A stretch of DNA of 63,723 nucleotides, the filler included, from Octopus bimaculoides (taxonomy: Eukaryota): NCBI RefSeq assembly GCF_001194135.2. It is 6 parts of 6 records of this genome, joined end to end, with 100 filler letters (N's around TTAATTAATTAA, not from the genome) between each part and the next. Parts side by side here need not be neighbours in the genome. Positions count along the whole stretch, not along the records: positions 1 to 25,239 come from NC_068998.1; 5 more parts are not named here. One strand, written 5' to 3'. Under the pieces are notes generated by a model that was not told the origin of the DNA, did not search any database, and was given only the letters and a program-made list of their open reading frames with translations. Position numbers and translations under genes: made by a program. This document shows positions 12,412 through 23,682 of this stretch, piece after piece; the first letter of the stretch is position 1; each line of letters begins with the position of its first letter.

Positions 12412-12628
12412 AACGGTGGTGAACTGGCAGAATCGTTAGTATGCTGGGCAAAATGCTGAGCAGTATTTTGCCCGTCGCTACATTCTGAGTTCAAATTCCA
12501 CCGAGGTTGACTGGGGTCAATATAATCAACTCATCCCCTCTTCCAAAATTGCTGCCCTTGTGACAAAATTTGAAACCATCATCATCATCATCATCATCAT
12601 CACCACCACCACCACCACCACCATCATT

Positions 12629-12660
<32 letters not shown>

Positions 12661-13100
12661 GCAAAATACTTAGAGGCATTTTTTTCCAGCTTAATGTTCT
12701 GAGTTCAAATTATACTGGGATTGACTTTGTCTTTCAACCTTTTGAGGTTGATAAAATAAGTACCAGTTGAACACTGGAGTTGATGGAATCGACTACCTCC
12801 ACCCTTAAAATTGCAGGCTTTGTGCCAAACTTTGAATCCATTATTATTATTATTATTATAACGAAGGTGGTGAGCTGGCAGAATTGTTTGTGTACCAGAC
12901 AAAATGCTTAGTGGCTCTTTGCATTCTGAGTTCCGGCATTCCCGGCTCTTTGCATTTTGAGTTCAAATTTTGTCAAGGTCAACTTCGCCTTTCAGCCTTT
13001 TGGTGTTGATAAAATAAGTACCAGTTTAGCATTGGGGTTGATGTAATCACCTTACCCCAACCCCTAAAATTGCTGACCTTGTGTCAAAATCCAAAGCAAT
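12412..13100 (+). mobile_element. Three tandem GGCGGCGAG-family SINEs separated by (ATT)n/(CAT)n tails
   Basis: Three repeats of GAGTTCAAAT...CTTT...AAGTACCAG...CAAAATTTGAA. Confidence 0.8.
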
Positions 13101-13109
13101 TATTATTAT

Positions 13110-13640
13110 TATTAATGAGAGAGCATGCCATCAAAGTGACACTGGGGTACAAATATACGAAGCCCAATATACCCATCATGACTACCCGCCTGTAATTGGT
13201 ACACTAGGCACATGCATTGCAACTATATGTGTGCAACGTGGTGATTTCATATCAAGATAAACAGCGCATGACTGTGTTGGTGGAGCCCATTTAGAATTTT
13301 CTTCGGGTGGAGTAGCCCATCCCGCTCAAAAGGACCCCTGAATAAGGATTGTCTAAGGATGTTGAACAAAACACCCATATTACCAGAGGTGAGTCATTCA
13401 AACCCCCAAAGAATTCCTCTCAATACATGGCTATGATGTTCCCTCACTACTTCTGCTTGTTATCAGAGATGCACATATCATCAGCCACCAAGGGACATGC
13501 TCAACTGGTTATGGTCAAACTACTGACAAGCAAATCTGTCGTATTGAGCAGAATATTTATTGTAACCCATCTTTTACACCCAGACAAAACATGTATATGA
13601 TAACACTTCCAATCAGAAGATCAAAAGTCATAAGAGCCAG
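13110..13640 (-). mobile_element. Non-coding retroposon-like repeat ending in an (AAT)n-type tail
   Basis: ~530-nt block abutting an (ATT)n run, no TIR; shares a ~170-nt module with the MITEs. Confidence 0.5.
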
Positions 13641-13884
13641 TACCTGGTATTATTATTGTTATTATTATTTTTTTTTTCTTTTATTTGGTATATATTTTGC
13701 ATTAAATGATTATTTACTATTGAATGAATTTTTGTAGCTTGTCTTGTGGCAAATGGGGCTTGCAGCTTGATAAGCTGGTTTTGAAGCTTGCCTTGTGCTG
13801 AATAAGTTTGGAAACTTGTCTGATGCCAAACTTGTAGTTTCACAAATAATCTTGTTTTCTGCCCTCTTTTATTCACCGTTTCAG

Positions 13885-13993
13885 TTGTTTCTACTTCATG
13901 ATCTCTACACAACACATAGCTGTAATGTGTTGCTTGTCCCTGAAGCAGATGAAGATGTTTGCTGGACTAAAGATAGATATGCAGGCCGAACAG
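13885..13993 (+). CDS. SZT2: SZT2 exon; LFLLHDLYTTHSCNVLLVPEADEDVCWTKD
   Basis: TTTCAG acceptor, GTTAGT donor, phase 0/1; matches [25 protein letters not shown]-type segment. Confidence 0.93.
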
Positions 13994-14311
13994 GTTAGTT
14001 TTAACTCTTTAGCACACAGATTTCACTGTGTAACAAAGTTTTTATTTTTTTTGTTTTTGGTCAGTAAGTGTTATTTCCTCTTTGCTTCTATCTAGAAATC
14101 AAAGGAAAGGACTATTATTCCCTTCAAGCCACAACACTGCAATAAAGGCTAGCCCATTTTGTGGAGTGTCTATGTAATGTCTGTCTGTCTATTGTATATT
14201 TGTCTAATATCCAATGAACACCTGTGTGATAAGTGTCTCTGATTTATGACCATTTTCCTTTGCTTACATGTGTTGGATATAAAACCTAACGCATGCTATT
14301 TTCATTTACAG

Positions 14312-14476
14312 ATCCAGAAGATGAAGAAGAGGATGATGAACAACAAAATTATGGCTATTTAGCAGATACACGTAGTTTTTTGCCTGGGCATTTTGCTTGT
14401 AAATGTATATGGGAATCCCATTTTCAGTTGCATCCCCGTTTGAAGAATTGTGCACCACGGAGCAATGTTTCTACTG
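14312..14476 (+). CDS. SZT2: SZT2 exon; DPEDEEEDDEQQNYGYLADTRSFLPGHFACKCIWESHFQLHPRLK
   Basis: TTTACAG acceptor, GTAAAT donor, phase 1/1; GYLA..xF.PGHF.C..W...xH.RLK motif of SZT2. Confidence 0.94.
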
Positions 14477-14949
14477 GTAAATTCAATTCTTAATTCTAAT
14501 CACCATTTCTGTTGCTAATGAAGAGTATTAAAGTGTATAGATTCGAATGACTAATTGATAGGGACAGAGAGGGAGAAACTATGACTGTCTGATTATTCTC
14601 AGCCTAAAGCCGTAGCTCCAGTGCTTGTAAGGAGATGGATTCCACTAAAGATATCAGATTATAAAAGTATAATGTAACTGTTAGATTGTTACATGTAGGC
14701 ACAGTTATATGCATAACTCTTTTGCTGGCAGAATGATATTTTGGCTGCAAGTGGTAAACAGGCAGGGCAATATTTTGTTTATTCTTGCCATAGCTCAATG
14801 TAAAACATTCTTTTATTGGCTGGTCATTGAATACTGAACGTTAATGTGTCAAAGCATCACTAGATGGCCCTACTGCATACATTCCTGTGAAATTCCCAGG
14901 ATTTGCATATCATTACAGCATATTTTTAGAATGTTATATTTATAAATTT

Positions 14950-15400
14950 AAATGCTCCAAAGCAACATCGTGGAACCCAGTGGTTCACATGATTCTGTTC
15001 TCAAAATGTGTCTTTCATTCAGTGTAGACAAAATGTTTGTTATCTCAGGAGAGTCTGATGGTAACAACAACAATCTGGGTCCTGGAAGTGATCTTGATTT
15101 GTCCTATTTTTATGTTTCGGGTATCATTTCAGACGACAAAATGTGATGCATGTGCAAATGATATAAATAATGATGGTATGCATGTTTATAGTTGTGCTGT
15201 GTCTAGTAGTGAAAATGAGTTGCATGATGATGGTGGTACCTCTGACAATAAGATGATACCCTTACAGATAAGTGGTAACGTGTGGTAAGTGATGTCAAAA
15301 AAAGGCAAGCTTCTTGTTATATATGATTTTGTTGGTCAAGATGAACCTGTATGGACACCAACTGAAGCTCGGCCTGTTGATTTTTTTGCTGATTCTAATT
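14950..15400 (+). mobile_element. Possible decayed piggyBac (PGBD4-like) transposase N-terminus
   Basis: Acidic GSDLDLSY...SSENELHDD stretch followed by W...YDFVGQDEP...ARPVDFF, like the F.G..GP...A.P.DFF motif; no TIR found. Confidence 0.35.
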
Positions 15401-15475
15401 CATTTATTATTTGGTTTAGGATTGTATCTAAATGTTACATAGAAAGATTGTCAACATCTTACTTTATTTTCATAG

Positions 15476-15575
15476 GTATGCATGCCCTACGGTCCGTGTT
15501 GCATAAATTTTCTGTGAATAACAGAAAAAATATGTTTGTTATCAAGGATAAATTAGACAATTATTTCTATGTAAG
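15476..15575 (+). CDS. SZT2: SZT2 exon; GMHALRSVLHKFSVNNRKNMFVIKDKLDNYFYVR
   Basis: TTTCATAG acceptor, GTAAGA donor, phase 1/2; ALRSVL..FSV.NRKNMFV is highly conserved in SZT2. Confidence 0.95.
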
Positions 15576-15977
15576 GTAAGAATTATTTTATTTTGTTTTC
15601 TTCTTTTCTCTTCACCTAATTGCTTCTCTTCTTTCATCTTTTACTTGTACCAGTTATTGGACTGCAGCCATGCTAGGGGTACTGCTATGGAGGGTTTTGG
15701 TAACAACAAATCAATCCCAGTACTTATGTTATAAGTCTGGTACTCATTCAATCGTTCTCTTTCACTGAGTTATGGGGATGTAAATAAACCAACACCAGTT
15801 AAGTGACGATGTGGGGACAAACAACTAAACTGAGTAAAGCAATGTTCTTCATTCAGCATCACATTTATTTAGCTTTACTAAGATTTGAACTTGTTATCTT
15901 TGTGTTAGCAGCTAAGTATATTCTGCCACCTACACCTCTACTATTCAATTAAACAAATAAAATACTTGTTTTTACAG

Positions 15978-16054
15978 ATTAAATGAAGGTAAACTAAGTT
16001 GCAGCTCTGATGATTTGGGAAACAGTCGGCAGGATTATGACTGCTCATTTTCAG
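15978..16054 (+). CDS. SZT2: SZT2 exon; LNEGKLSCSSDDLGNSRQDYDCSFS
   Basis: TTTACAG acceptor, GTTTGT donor at 16055, phase 2/1; completes YVR|LNE. Confidence 0.8.
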
Positions 16055-16114
16055 GTTTGTTTCATTAACTAACTATTTAATTAATTAGCACTGCTAAAAA
16101 TGATGGTTTCTAAT

Positions 16115-16507
16115 TTAGGCACAAGGCCAGCGATTTTGAGGGGAGGGAATTTGTTGAGTACATCGACCCCAGAGGAATGAAAGGCAAAATTGACTACAGC
16201 TGGATTTGAATTTAGAATGATAATTGATGGAAAAAATACTGCAAGGCGTTCTTTTATGATGTGCTCTGACAATTCTGCCAGCTTACTATCTTAACATTTC
16301 TAAAATAATCCTTTTTATTATAGGCCCAACGCCTGAAATTTTGTTGGCTGGGGGTTAGTTGATTATATTCACCCCAGTGCTCAACTGGTACTTATTTAAT
16401 CAACCCCAAAAGGATGAAAGGCAAAGTCAGCCTTGGCAGAATTTGAACCCAGAATGTAGGGATGGAAGCATTTTGTTCAGCATGCTAACGATTCTGCCAG
16501 CTCGCCA
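16115..16507 (-). mobile_element. Two tandem GGCGGCGAG-family SINEs, antisense
   Basis: Two reverse-complement copies ending ...ATTCTGCCAGCT. Confidence 0.78.
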
Positions 16508-16782
16508 CATTAAGCACTACAAAAAAATATTCACACGGTTTCTGTTTATCAAATTCACTCACAAGGCTTTGGTCAGTCTGGAGCCACAGTAGAAGACTCT
16601 TGTCCAAGGTGTCTCGCAAGGTGCCTCAACTTCACATCCATACCTAGACAATTCTCAACTTATCCATACCTAGAAAAAACAAAATATTTTTGTTAAATGC
16701 ACAAAAATACCTAAATGGTGATGTGGCCCAAGGTACATGGGAATATTTCATTGATTTTTAATCTGTCTGTTTTATATTTCAG

Positions 16783-16832
16783 ATTACACAACAGTTTCAC
16801 CAATCCTTAATTCAAAGAGAGATGATGATGAG
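16783..16832 (+). CDS. SZT2: SZT2 small exon (50 nt); DYTTVSPILNSKRDDDE
   Basis: ATTTCAG acceptor; donor GTTGGT at 16833 gives the phase 0 needed by the next exon; a competing GTAAAG lies at 16837. Confidence 0.68.
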
Positions 16833-17580
16833 GTTGGTAAAGAGATTCCATATCGTTTTACCTTTTACTTGTTTCAATCATTAGATTGTGGCTATGCTGG
16901 AGCACCACCTTGAAGAATTCTTAGTTAAATTAATTGATCCCAGCACTTCTTTTTTAAAGCCTGGTACTTATTCTATCAGTCTTTTATGCTGAACTGCTAA
17001 GTTACAGAGATGTAAACTACCCAACTTGAATTTTTTTTTAGTAGTGAGGCCCACTTGATGATGAGCCATGTCGCTTGCAGCTCAAAGAAGATTTCCCATG
17101 CTTGATTTAGAATGTCTTTCGGTGGGAAGACATTGGAGAAAGAGAGAGAGAGAGATGCTTGGGGTGGGTAGGGCGAATGAGTGACCCTGTGAATATTGGT
17201 GGAAGAATTGTGAGAAAGGAGAAAGGAAGGCTTGTAACAATAGAAATAGAGAGAAGGAAGAATATGAAATTTGAGGAGGGAAAAGGGAAGGAATAAGACT
17301 GAGGTGGTGAAAAGAGTGGGAGTGGAAGGGGTAAGAAATTTAAAAGTAATGGAAGATGGAGGAAAAGAGAGGGACTGAGGTAGGGGTGTGCATTGGCCAG
17401 TCTGCACCGCAGTAGCACATCCATCTCTTAGTTTTTTTAAGCCACTACAGTTCCTCCAAAGATGCTCTTTGTTGAGTGTCCAAGGTAGCTGGTATATTTA
17501 CTGGGAAAAAATTACAGTGCTCAGAGTAAGCCCCATTGTCTTGCATACAAGAAGGGAATGAGGAAAAAAATAAAAGTTAG

Positions 17581-17800
17581 CCCTTTAGCATTCAGATTTC
17601 TCTGTCAAATGTAATGCTTATTTATTCACATTGATTTAAATTAATTATGCATTACCTTGTAACTTTGAGATTTCAATGACATGATTGTTTATTTTTCGAA
17701 TAATATTGTAGGGTAAGTGTGAGAGGCCAGATCTGGCCAGTTTGAAGATAAAACAGGTCGATTACTATGGATGGATATGGCTGGTTTAAATGCTAATGAG
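17581..17800 (+). mobile_element. piggyBac-type MITE (~220 bp)
   Basis: Ends CCCTTTAGCA...TGCTAATGAG, flanked by TTAG/TTAA; second copy at 23683-23880, partial copy at 7596-7640. Confidence 0.75.
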
Positions 17801-18070
17801 TTAAACGTTTTTTTACTAAGTTTTTACTAATACTGGTTTCAGCCAGAGACTGAGTCCATGCTGGGGCATTGCCTTTAGAGATTGTAACAGTTTCTTTAGA
17901 ATATCTAAAGAATCTTGATATTCTTTAGAATGTCAATGAAAATCAAAGAACATATTTTTAACTAATGAACTTAACTGTCCAACTGTTCTGCTTAAAGCAT
18001 TGAACTCGTATTTCATTGTATTAATTTTTAATTGCATATTCTTTATTCTTCCATATTTTGTTCCTCTCAG

Positions 18071-18188
18071 GAATCTTCCCGGTCACTTCGAGATGTCGAT
18101 TCATTATCCGTATCCTCTTTGGGAAGTTATGCTGGTAAACGTGCAGAGGAATGTATAGTAATGTGCATTCATGGCATTACACAAGCAG
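18071..18188 (+). CDS. SZT2: SZT2 exon; ESSRSLRDVDSLSVSSLGSYAGKRAEECIVMCIHGITQA
   Basis: CTCTCAG acceptor, GTGAGA donor, phase 0/1; HG(I/V)xQAG motif. Confidence 0.88.
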
Positions 18189-19833
18189 GTGAGAGCTTTG
18201 GTTTATAAAGGCTGCTGCACTCAAATTATAGTATATCATCATCATGATCATCATCCTTTAACATCCGTTTTCCATGCTGGCATGGGTTGGACAGTTTGAC
18301 CAGAGCTGGCAAGCTGGGGGGCTGCACCAGGTTCCAGTTTGGTTTGCTTGGTTTCCGCAGCTGGAGGCCCTTTCTAATGCCAACCACTCTTTGGTGTGTG
18401 TGTGTTGAGCATGAACGCTTTTACATGGTGCAGGCACAAGAGATTTTTATGTGGTACCGACACAGGGCTCTTGCAGACCAATCCTCTTCATCAGGGGAAG
18501 TGGCCTTAACACTTCTGCTGTGGTGTGGAGGACGAGTCTTCTTGATTACAGCAAGGCACCAGATATCTCGCTCCTTTGTCATCTCTTACATTCTTTGTCT
18601 CTACTTTCTCTGTATCACTACAGCAGGAGTATTACCTTTATCATTGGTATCATTTTTTTCAGATATACAATGTGTGTTCGTTATCATTCAAACATACTTT
18701 AGCCTTCAATATCTGGTATAAAGCCACCCAACTCTTTCAAATACACTTCCAGTAAGTTGGTGGGTGGGGGAGAGGTGTTTACTTTTCCTTTCCTTATTTT
18801 GTCTTGCAAGTTAATCACTGACCACACTAGTGTCAGTGTCATGAAAAGAGCATTCAATACACATTATGATGTAGCTGGGGTTTGGAAGAGCATCATCATC
18901 ATTGTTTAATGTCCAGCTTCCATACATGCATGGGTAGGATGGTTCACAGGAGCTGGCCAGGTAGAGAAACTACCCTATACTACTCTGTCTGTTTTGGCAG
19001 GGTTTTTACAGCTGGCAGCCCTTCCTAGCACCAACCACTCTGCAGAGTGAACTCTGCTTTTTATGTAGCAATAGCACAGGTGAGGTTAGTTTTGGCATGG
19101 TTTTTACAGCTGGATGCCCTTCCAAATGCCAACCACTTTACAGTGTGGACTGGATGCTTTTTACGTGGCACCAGCACTGGCAGGGTCACCAAGTAACTCA
19201 CAAAACAAGGAATTATGAGAGGGGCAGGGGCATTTGAGGAAGGGAACTCGTGTCAGGGGATGAAAAGTTAGGGGGTGACAAAGAGACGGAGAGGCAGAAA
19301 CAGGTTTCTTGTTATAATGGATGGGGCATTGGAGGAGGTTTATCCAGTATCAGATGATGAAAGGTTAGAGTGAAACAGAGAAATAGGGAGGCAACCAAAG
19401 CTGACATTAGTGCTTGATGCAGTTCTTCAACTGGTCAGACCTTGTCAAACCATCCAAACCATACTAGCATGGAAAAACGGACATTAAATGATGATAAATG
19501 TCAATCTACTTCATATCACTCTGATGGTCTTTGGACCATTAGTGGCCCACAACAAAATTTTCAGTGGTCCAAATCTGTCTCAACAAATTCCATCTGGAAA
19601 AGTAAATGTTAAATCATGATGACGATGACGACGGTGATGGTGATGGTGATGGTGATGATGATGATGAAGACTGCTCAGGTGAAGGAGCCTCATGCTCATG
19701 ATGAGCAACATGTTCTACTTTTTGCTAAAAGAGATTGTATGAATTGTTCTTGGAAGGAAGCTACTAAGAAATTTAACTCTCTTTTCTAATAGTTACTCAA
19801 GCTAAATAATACTTTTTCTGTTTTCTGTCATAG

Positions 19834-19958
19834 GAGCTGAAATGAAAGAAAACCTCATAAAAATGCTGCAAAACAAACTTGATGATAAAGTATTGGACAT
19901 CATTTCTGTGATGCTAGACAGGAATCCTAAATGTAAACTCAGTTTCCAAGATGTCAGG
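19834..19958 (+). CDS. SZT2: SZT2 exon; GAEMKENLIKMLQNKLDDKVLDIISVMLDRNPKCKLSFQDVR
   Basis: TGTCATAG acceptor, GTAAGA donor, phase 1/0; LD..LD.I.VML.RN..CKL...DV motif of SZT2. Confidence 0.95.
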
Positions 19959-20124
19959 GTAAGAGGATTTGTCTTTTATTCTGTGTCATGTGCAGCTACT
20001 TCTAGCTTGCAGCTACTTCTAGCTTGCAGCTACTTCTGTCTTTCCTTACTCAGCTTATATGTCTGCTGTCTGTCCCCTCTTTTAACCTTTTCTAGCGAGT
20101 TGTGCAATTGAACACTGAAGTACG

Positions 20125-21084
20125 CCCCATAAAAAACATCTGGGCTATTACTGGGCCAGATGTTGGCTCTCACAAAAAAATGGCACCTTCTCACCAAGGA
20201 AGGCCTGTGTTGTTTTTGACCTATGGCATGATGCAGAATCCTGGATAAGCACCACATTGTCAAGCCCAAACTTCTGCTCCATCCAAGGTAACAGAGAGTT
20301 CTTCAGGATGTCCAGATACTCCTTTGTGCCGGTCTTCAAGCCAGACTCAATGAAGTGTGGATTCATGACACTTCCATCACTCACCATGGCTCCAAATACC
20401 ATTACAGAAGCAAGATTCTTAGTCTCAGACACAGAGGGGACATCAGAAGGGTTGTATGCAATCACTCGAGAATTTTTGTGATTCACTTCAGTGTCCACAG
20501 TGAACTTCTCATTCACAAACACGAGAGTTTTTCCTGCACTTTGATGCTTGATGAATGACAAGCTTTGGGCATCTCTTGGCTCTAAGTGCTTTTGCCTTGG
20601 CTGTTAGGAGGTGTCAGTGTTGTCGAGCATAGCTAGTCATGGTTCCTGTTCACAGCTCTGGATATCATGGAAAGGGACACATTGTGTTTCTTTGCAAGAG
20701 TTGTCATGGATGTAGATGGGTTGGCTTCAATCGAGTGTTTGAAACCAGCGAGAATTTTTAAATTGTGCTTCGAATCACGTGTTTTTTTTCTATCAATCTT
20801 TCCCTTTTCTTTAAATTGTTCAGACACACAATAAACTGTTGCTTTTGGAAGTTTTGTGAACTTAACAATTTCATTGGTAGTGTGCCTGGTGCATGCCAAA
20901 ACAACAATGGTGGAATGATTCTGTTGTTCCATGACTTTCTGTTGTCAAATCAGTTTGCTATTTACCTGAAAAATAAAGAGGAGGATTAAATTTTCATGCA
21001 AGTAAGGTTTTGTTAAAAAAATGGCATGTTAAACCCACTAATTCAACTGCTTAAAATTGGTCTCAATTGATCTGCAAGACACTG
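20125..21084 (-). mobile_element. Degenerate Tc1/mariner transposon, DD37D (maT)-like, 3'-truncated, in SZT2 intron
   Basis: N-terminal HTH-like ORF 20633-20932; catalytic ORF 20148-20561 (FVNEKFTVD...KNLASVMVFG...QDSASCH); frameshift into ANIWPSNSPD, SPD 33 residues after the second D; terminus CAGTGTCTTGCAG next to TA (21085-21086); second TIR not found. Confidence 0.88.
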
Positions 21085-21316
21085 TATATATTACATCTAC
21101 ACACTACATATACAATGAGCTTCTTTCAGTCTCCATCTACCAAATCCATTCATAAGGTTTTGGTCGACCCAAGGCTATAGTAGAAGACATTTGCCCAAGG
21201 TGCCATGCAATGGCACTGATCCCAGAACCATGTGGTATATTTGGTTTTGCTTCTTGTTTGTTTATTTGTTTTTTTGTTTTTTTTTTTATCACTCTCCCTC
21301 TCTCTTTTTCTTTCAG

Positions 21317-21481
21317 TTCATTCAAAGATATAAAGAAAAACCCAAAGATACCATCTATCTGACTGTTCCTAACAGCAGTTCAAAACACTTATTTGCACTG
21401 AGTTACTATCTGAAACAGAACTTGTTACACTTTGTCAATATACCAAATTATGTAGATAATCACCCTTCGAAACACTTTATT
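21317..21481 (+). CDS. SZT2: SZT2 exon; FIQRYKEKPKDTIYLTVP...LSYYLKQNLLHFVNIPNYVDNHPSKHFI
   Basis: Long pyrimidine tract + CAG, GTAAGT donor, phase 0/0; FIQ...YL(K/R)QNLL.F...P.Y.D motif. Confidence 0.94.
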
Positions 21482-21509
21482 GTAAGTATCTATGTTTATT
21501 TATTTATCT

Positions 21510-22085
21510 TTTATCTTTTACCTATCTCAGTGATGCTGGGGTGCCACCTTCAATTTTTTAAATTTTTAGTCAAATGAATTGACTTGTTTTCTAAACCTGG
21601 TACTTATTATATCAGCCTCTTATGTGAACCACTAAATTATGGGGACACAAACACACCAACACTGATTGTGAAGCGGGGGGTGGGGATAGCAAACACACGC
21701 ACACACACACACACACATATACAGTAAGGCGGCGAGCTGGCAGAAACGTTAGCACGGCAGGTGAAATGCTTAGCGGTATTTCGTCTGCCACTACGTTCTG
21801 AGTTCAAATTCCGCCGAGGTCGACTTTGCCTTTCATCCTTTCGGGGTCGATTAAATAAGTACCAGTTACGCACTGGGGTCGATATAAGCGACTTAATCTG
21901 TTTGTCCCCTCTGTGTGTAGCCCCTTGTGGGTAGCAAAGAAATAACACATATATACAGTTTCCATCTACCAAATCCTTTCACAAGGCTTTGGTTGACCCA
22001 AAGCTGTAGTAGAAGACAGTTGCCCAAGGTGCCACACAATGGGATTGACTTTGGAACCATGTGGGAAGCAAACTTCTTACCAGAT
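21510..22085 (-). mobile_element. tRNA/CORE-like SINE interrupted by the 21726-21945 SINE
   Basis: Tail at 21510-21710, head at 21960-22085; insertion lies in the central microsatellite. Confidence 0.8.
21726..21945 (+). mobile_element. Young SINE (GGCGGCGAGCTGGCAG head; GCCTTTCATCCTTTCGGGGTCGAT central domain) nested in an older SINE
   Basis: B-box-like GAGTTCAAATTCC; TSD ATATACAGT (21717-21725 / 21951-21959); CpGs intact. Confidence 0.88.
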
Positions 22086-22928
22086 GTGTGTGTGTGCCCT
22101 TGTCTGACATCATGTGGTAGTTGTAAATGAACATCATTGTCATACAAGCGAGGTTGATCATTTCTGATCTGTGAAAAACGTATCTAACCATGAGGAAATG
22201 ATACGTTTCCTAGAAAAAGGTGAGGGTTGGTGACAGGAAGGGTATCCAGCTGTAGAAAAATCTACCTCAACAAATTCTGTTTGACCCATGGAAGCATGGA
22301 AAAGTGGATGTTAATTGATGATGATGAAATGAATAATGATGATTGCTGCAGTCCATTCAATTAAAAAAAGGGTATCAGTCTCAGCTGTGGAGTTAGCCCT
22401 ACTCTGTTCAGTGGGAAGTTGTTCACTCTGACTTGCTTAAATGTCTCAGAATCTGGTATATATCTTGACCAAATGTACCTGTAGATTAACATGTTGGCTG
22501 TCATAGTGCTGCTCAAGAAAGTTGGGGATGGTTTTAAAGAAAACTTTTCATTTCTGTCAAATCGGAAATTGCTTGCTTCCATTCCATTGCTGAGACTGAA
22601 TACAAGCAGATTTAATTTGTATTTAGATATTGAGATATTTAGATGATATTGAACATTAATTTAATATTGTAGCAATCTCTCTTCCCCACTCTCTCTCTCT
22701 CCCTCCTTCTTTTCTCTCTCTCTCTTTCTATACTGAATACAACCAAATTTAATTTGTATTGAGCTATTTAGATGATATTGCAGCAATCTCTATTCTTCTT
22801 TACTCTCTCTCTCTCTCCCCATTTCTAGTTTTCTCATACTTTCTGAGAAATTTAAACAGATTTATCTACAATTTTACTTGTGAAATCCAAGCTGTTTTAT
22901 ATTCCAAAATAATTTTCTTTCTCCCTAC

Positions 22929-22985
<57 letters not shown>

Positions 22986-23015
22986 CTACATACATTGTTT
23001 ATATTGTTATGGTAG

Positions 23016-23097
23016 GACTATGCAAGCAGTGAACACCAAGAATTAAAAGAAAACCAAGTGTTTCTATACCATCGACCTAGTTCCTCAGGGAGCAAAG
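23016..23097 (+). CDS. SZT2: SZT2 exon (last in scaffold); DYASSEHQELKENQVFLYHRPSSSGSKG
   Basis: GGTAG acceptor, GTAAGA donor at 23098, phase 0/1; resembles IYLYNKP...GKG; downstream exons fall beyond the scaffold end at 25239. Confidence 0.85.
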
Positions 23098-23682
23098 GTA
23101 AGAACATTTGTTGCTACTACAGTTATTTTTGTTGTTGTTGAGTATACCTAGGATCAGAAATATTCCAGCTGCAACCATACCATATTTTATCAATATCTAT
23201 GATTACATTATATGATGTTCCTTTCTTTTTTCATTTAATTACTATAAGTATCCTTTGCTCTTTACAGTTTCATCATTATTATTCTGCTGCTCAGCACTGT
23301 CAATCATCTTCTATGCCCCACCAGCCCCACCTCTAGCTCCATTCAGTCACTCCCACTCTCTCTTCTAAAACATCAGTGTAGCTCCTCTACAGCAAGAAAC
23401 CTGTTCAGCTCTAGTCCTTTCTCTCGTACTGTTACCCATCAGAGAGAAATCTGGCTGCTGTTTATTTTTTTCCAACAGGTCAAGTGGCTATATAGAAGCT
23501 CCTTTATTTGCTCTGCTAGTACAGTTTTCTTGTATTGATAAAGTTGTAGGTAACTTAGACAGAAAAATCGTGGCCCATTGCATGAATTTCAACAGCATAT
23601 TTTGCTCTAGCACACACGTGGTTGATGACCAAAGGAGAGGCTGGGAACTGTTCTAATCTGGCCAAATGAAACTTATATATAA

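Noticed and set aside
23269-23550. Open frame after TTTACAG, phase-compatible with the last SZT2 exon
   Set aside because: No resemblance to the expected next SZT2 segment (GVACI.L...), no good donor, ends in a stop
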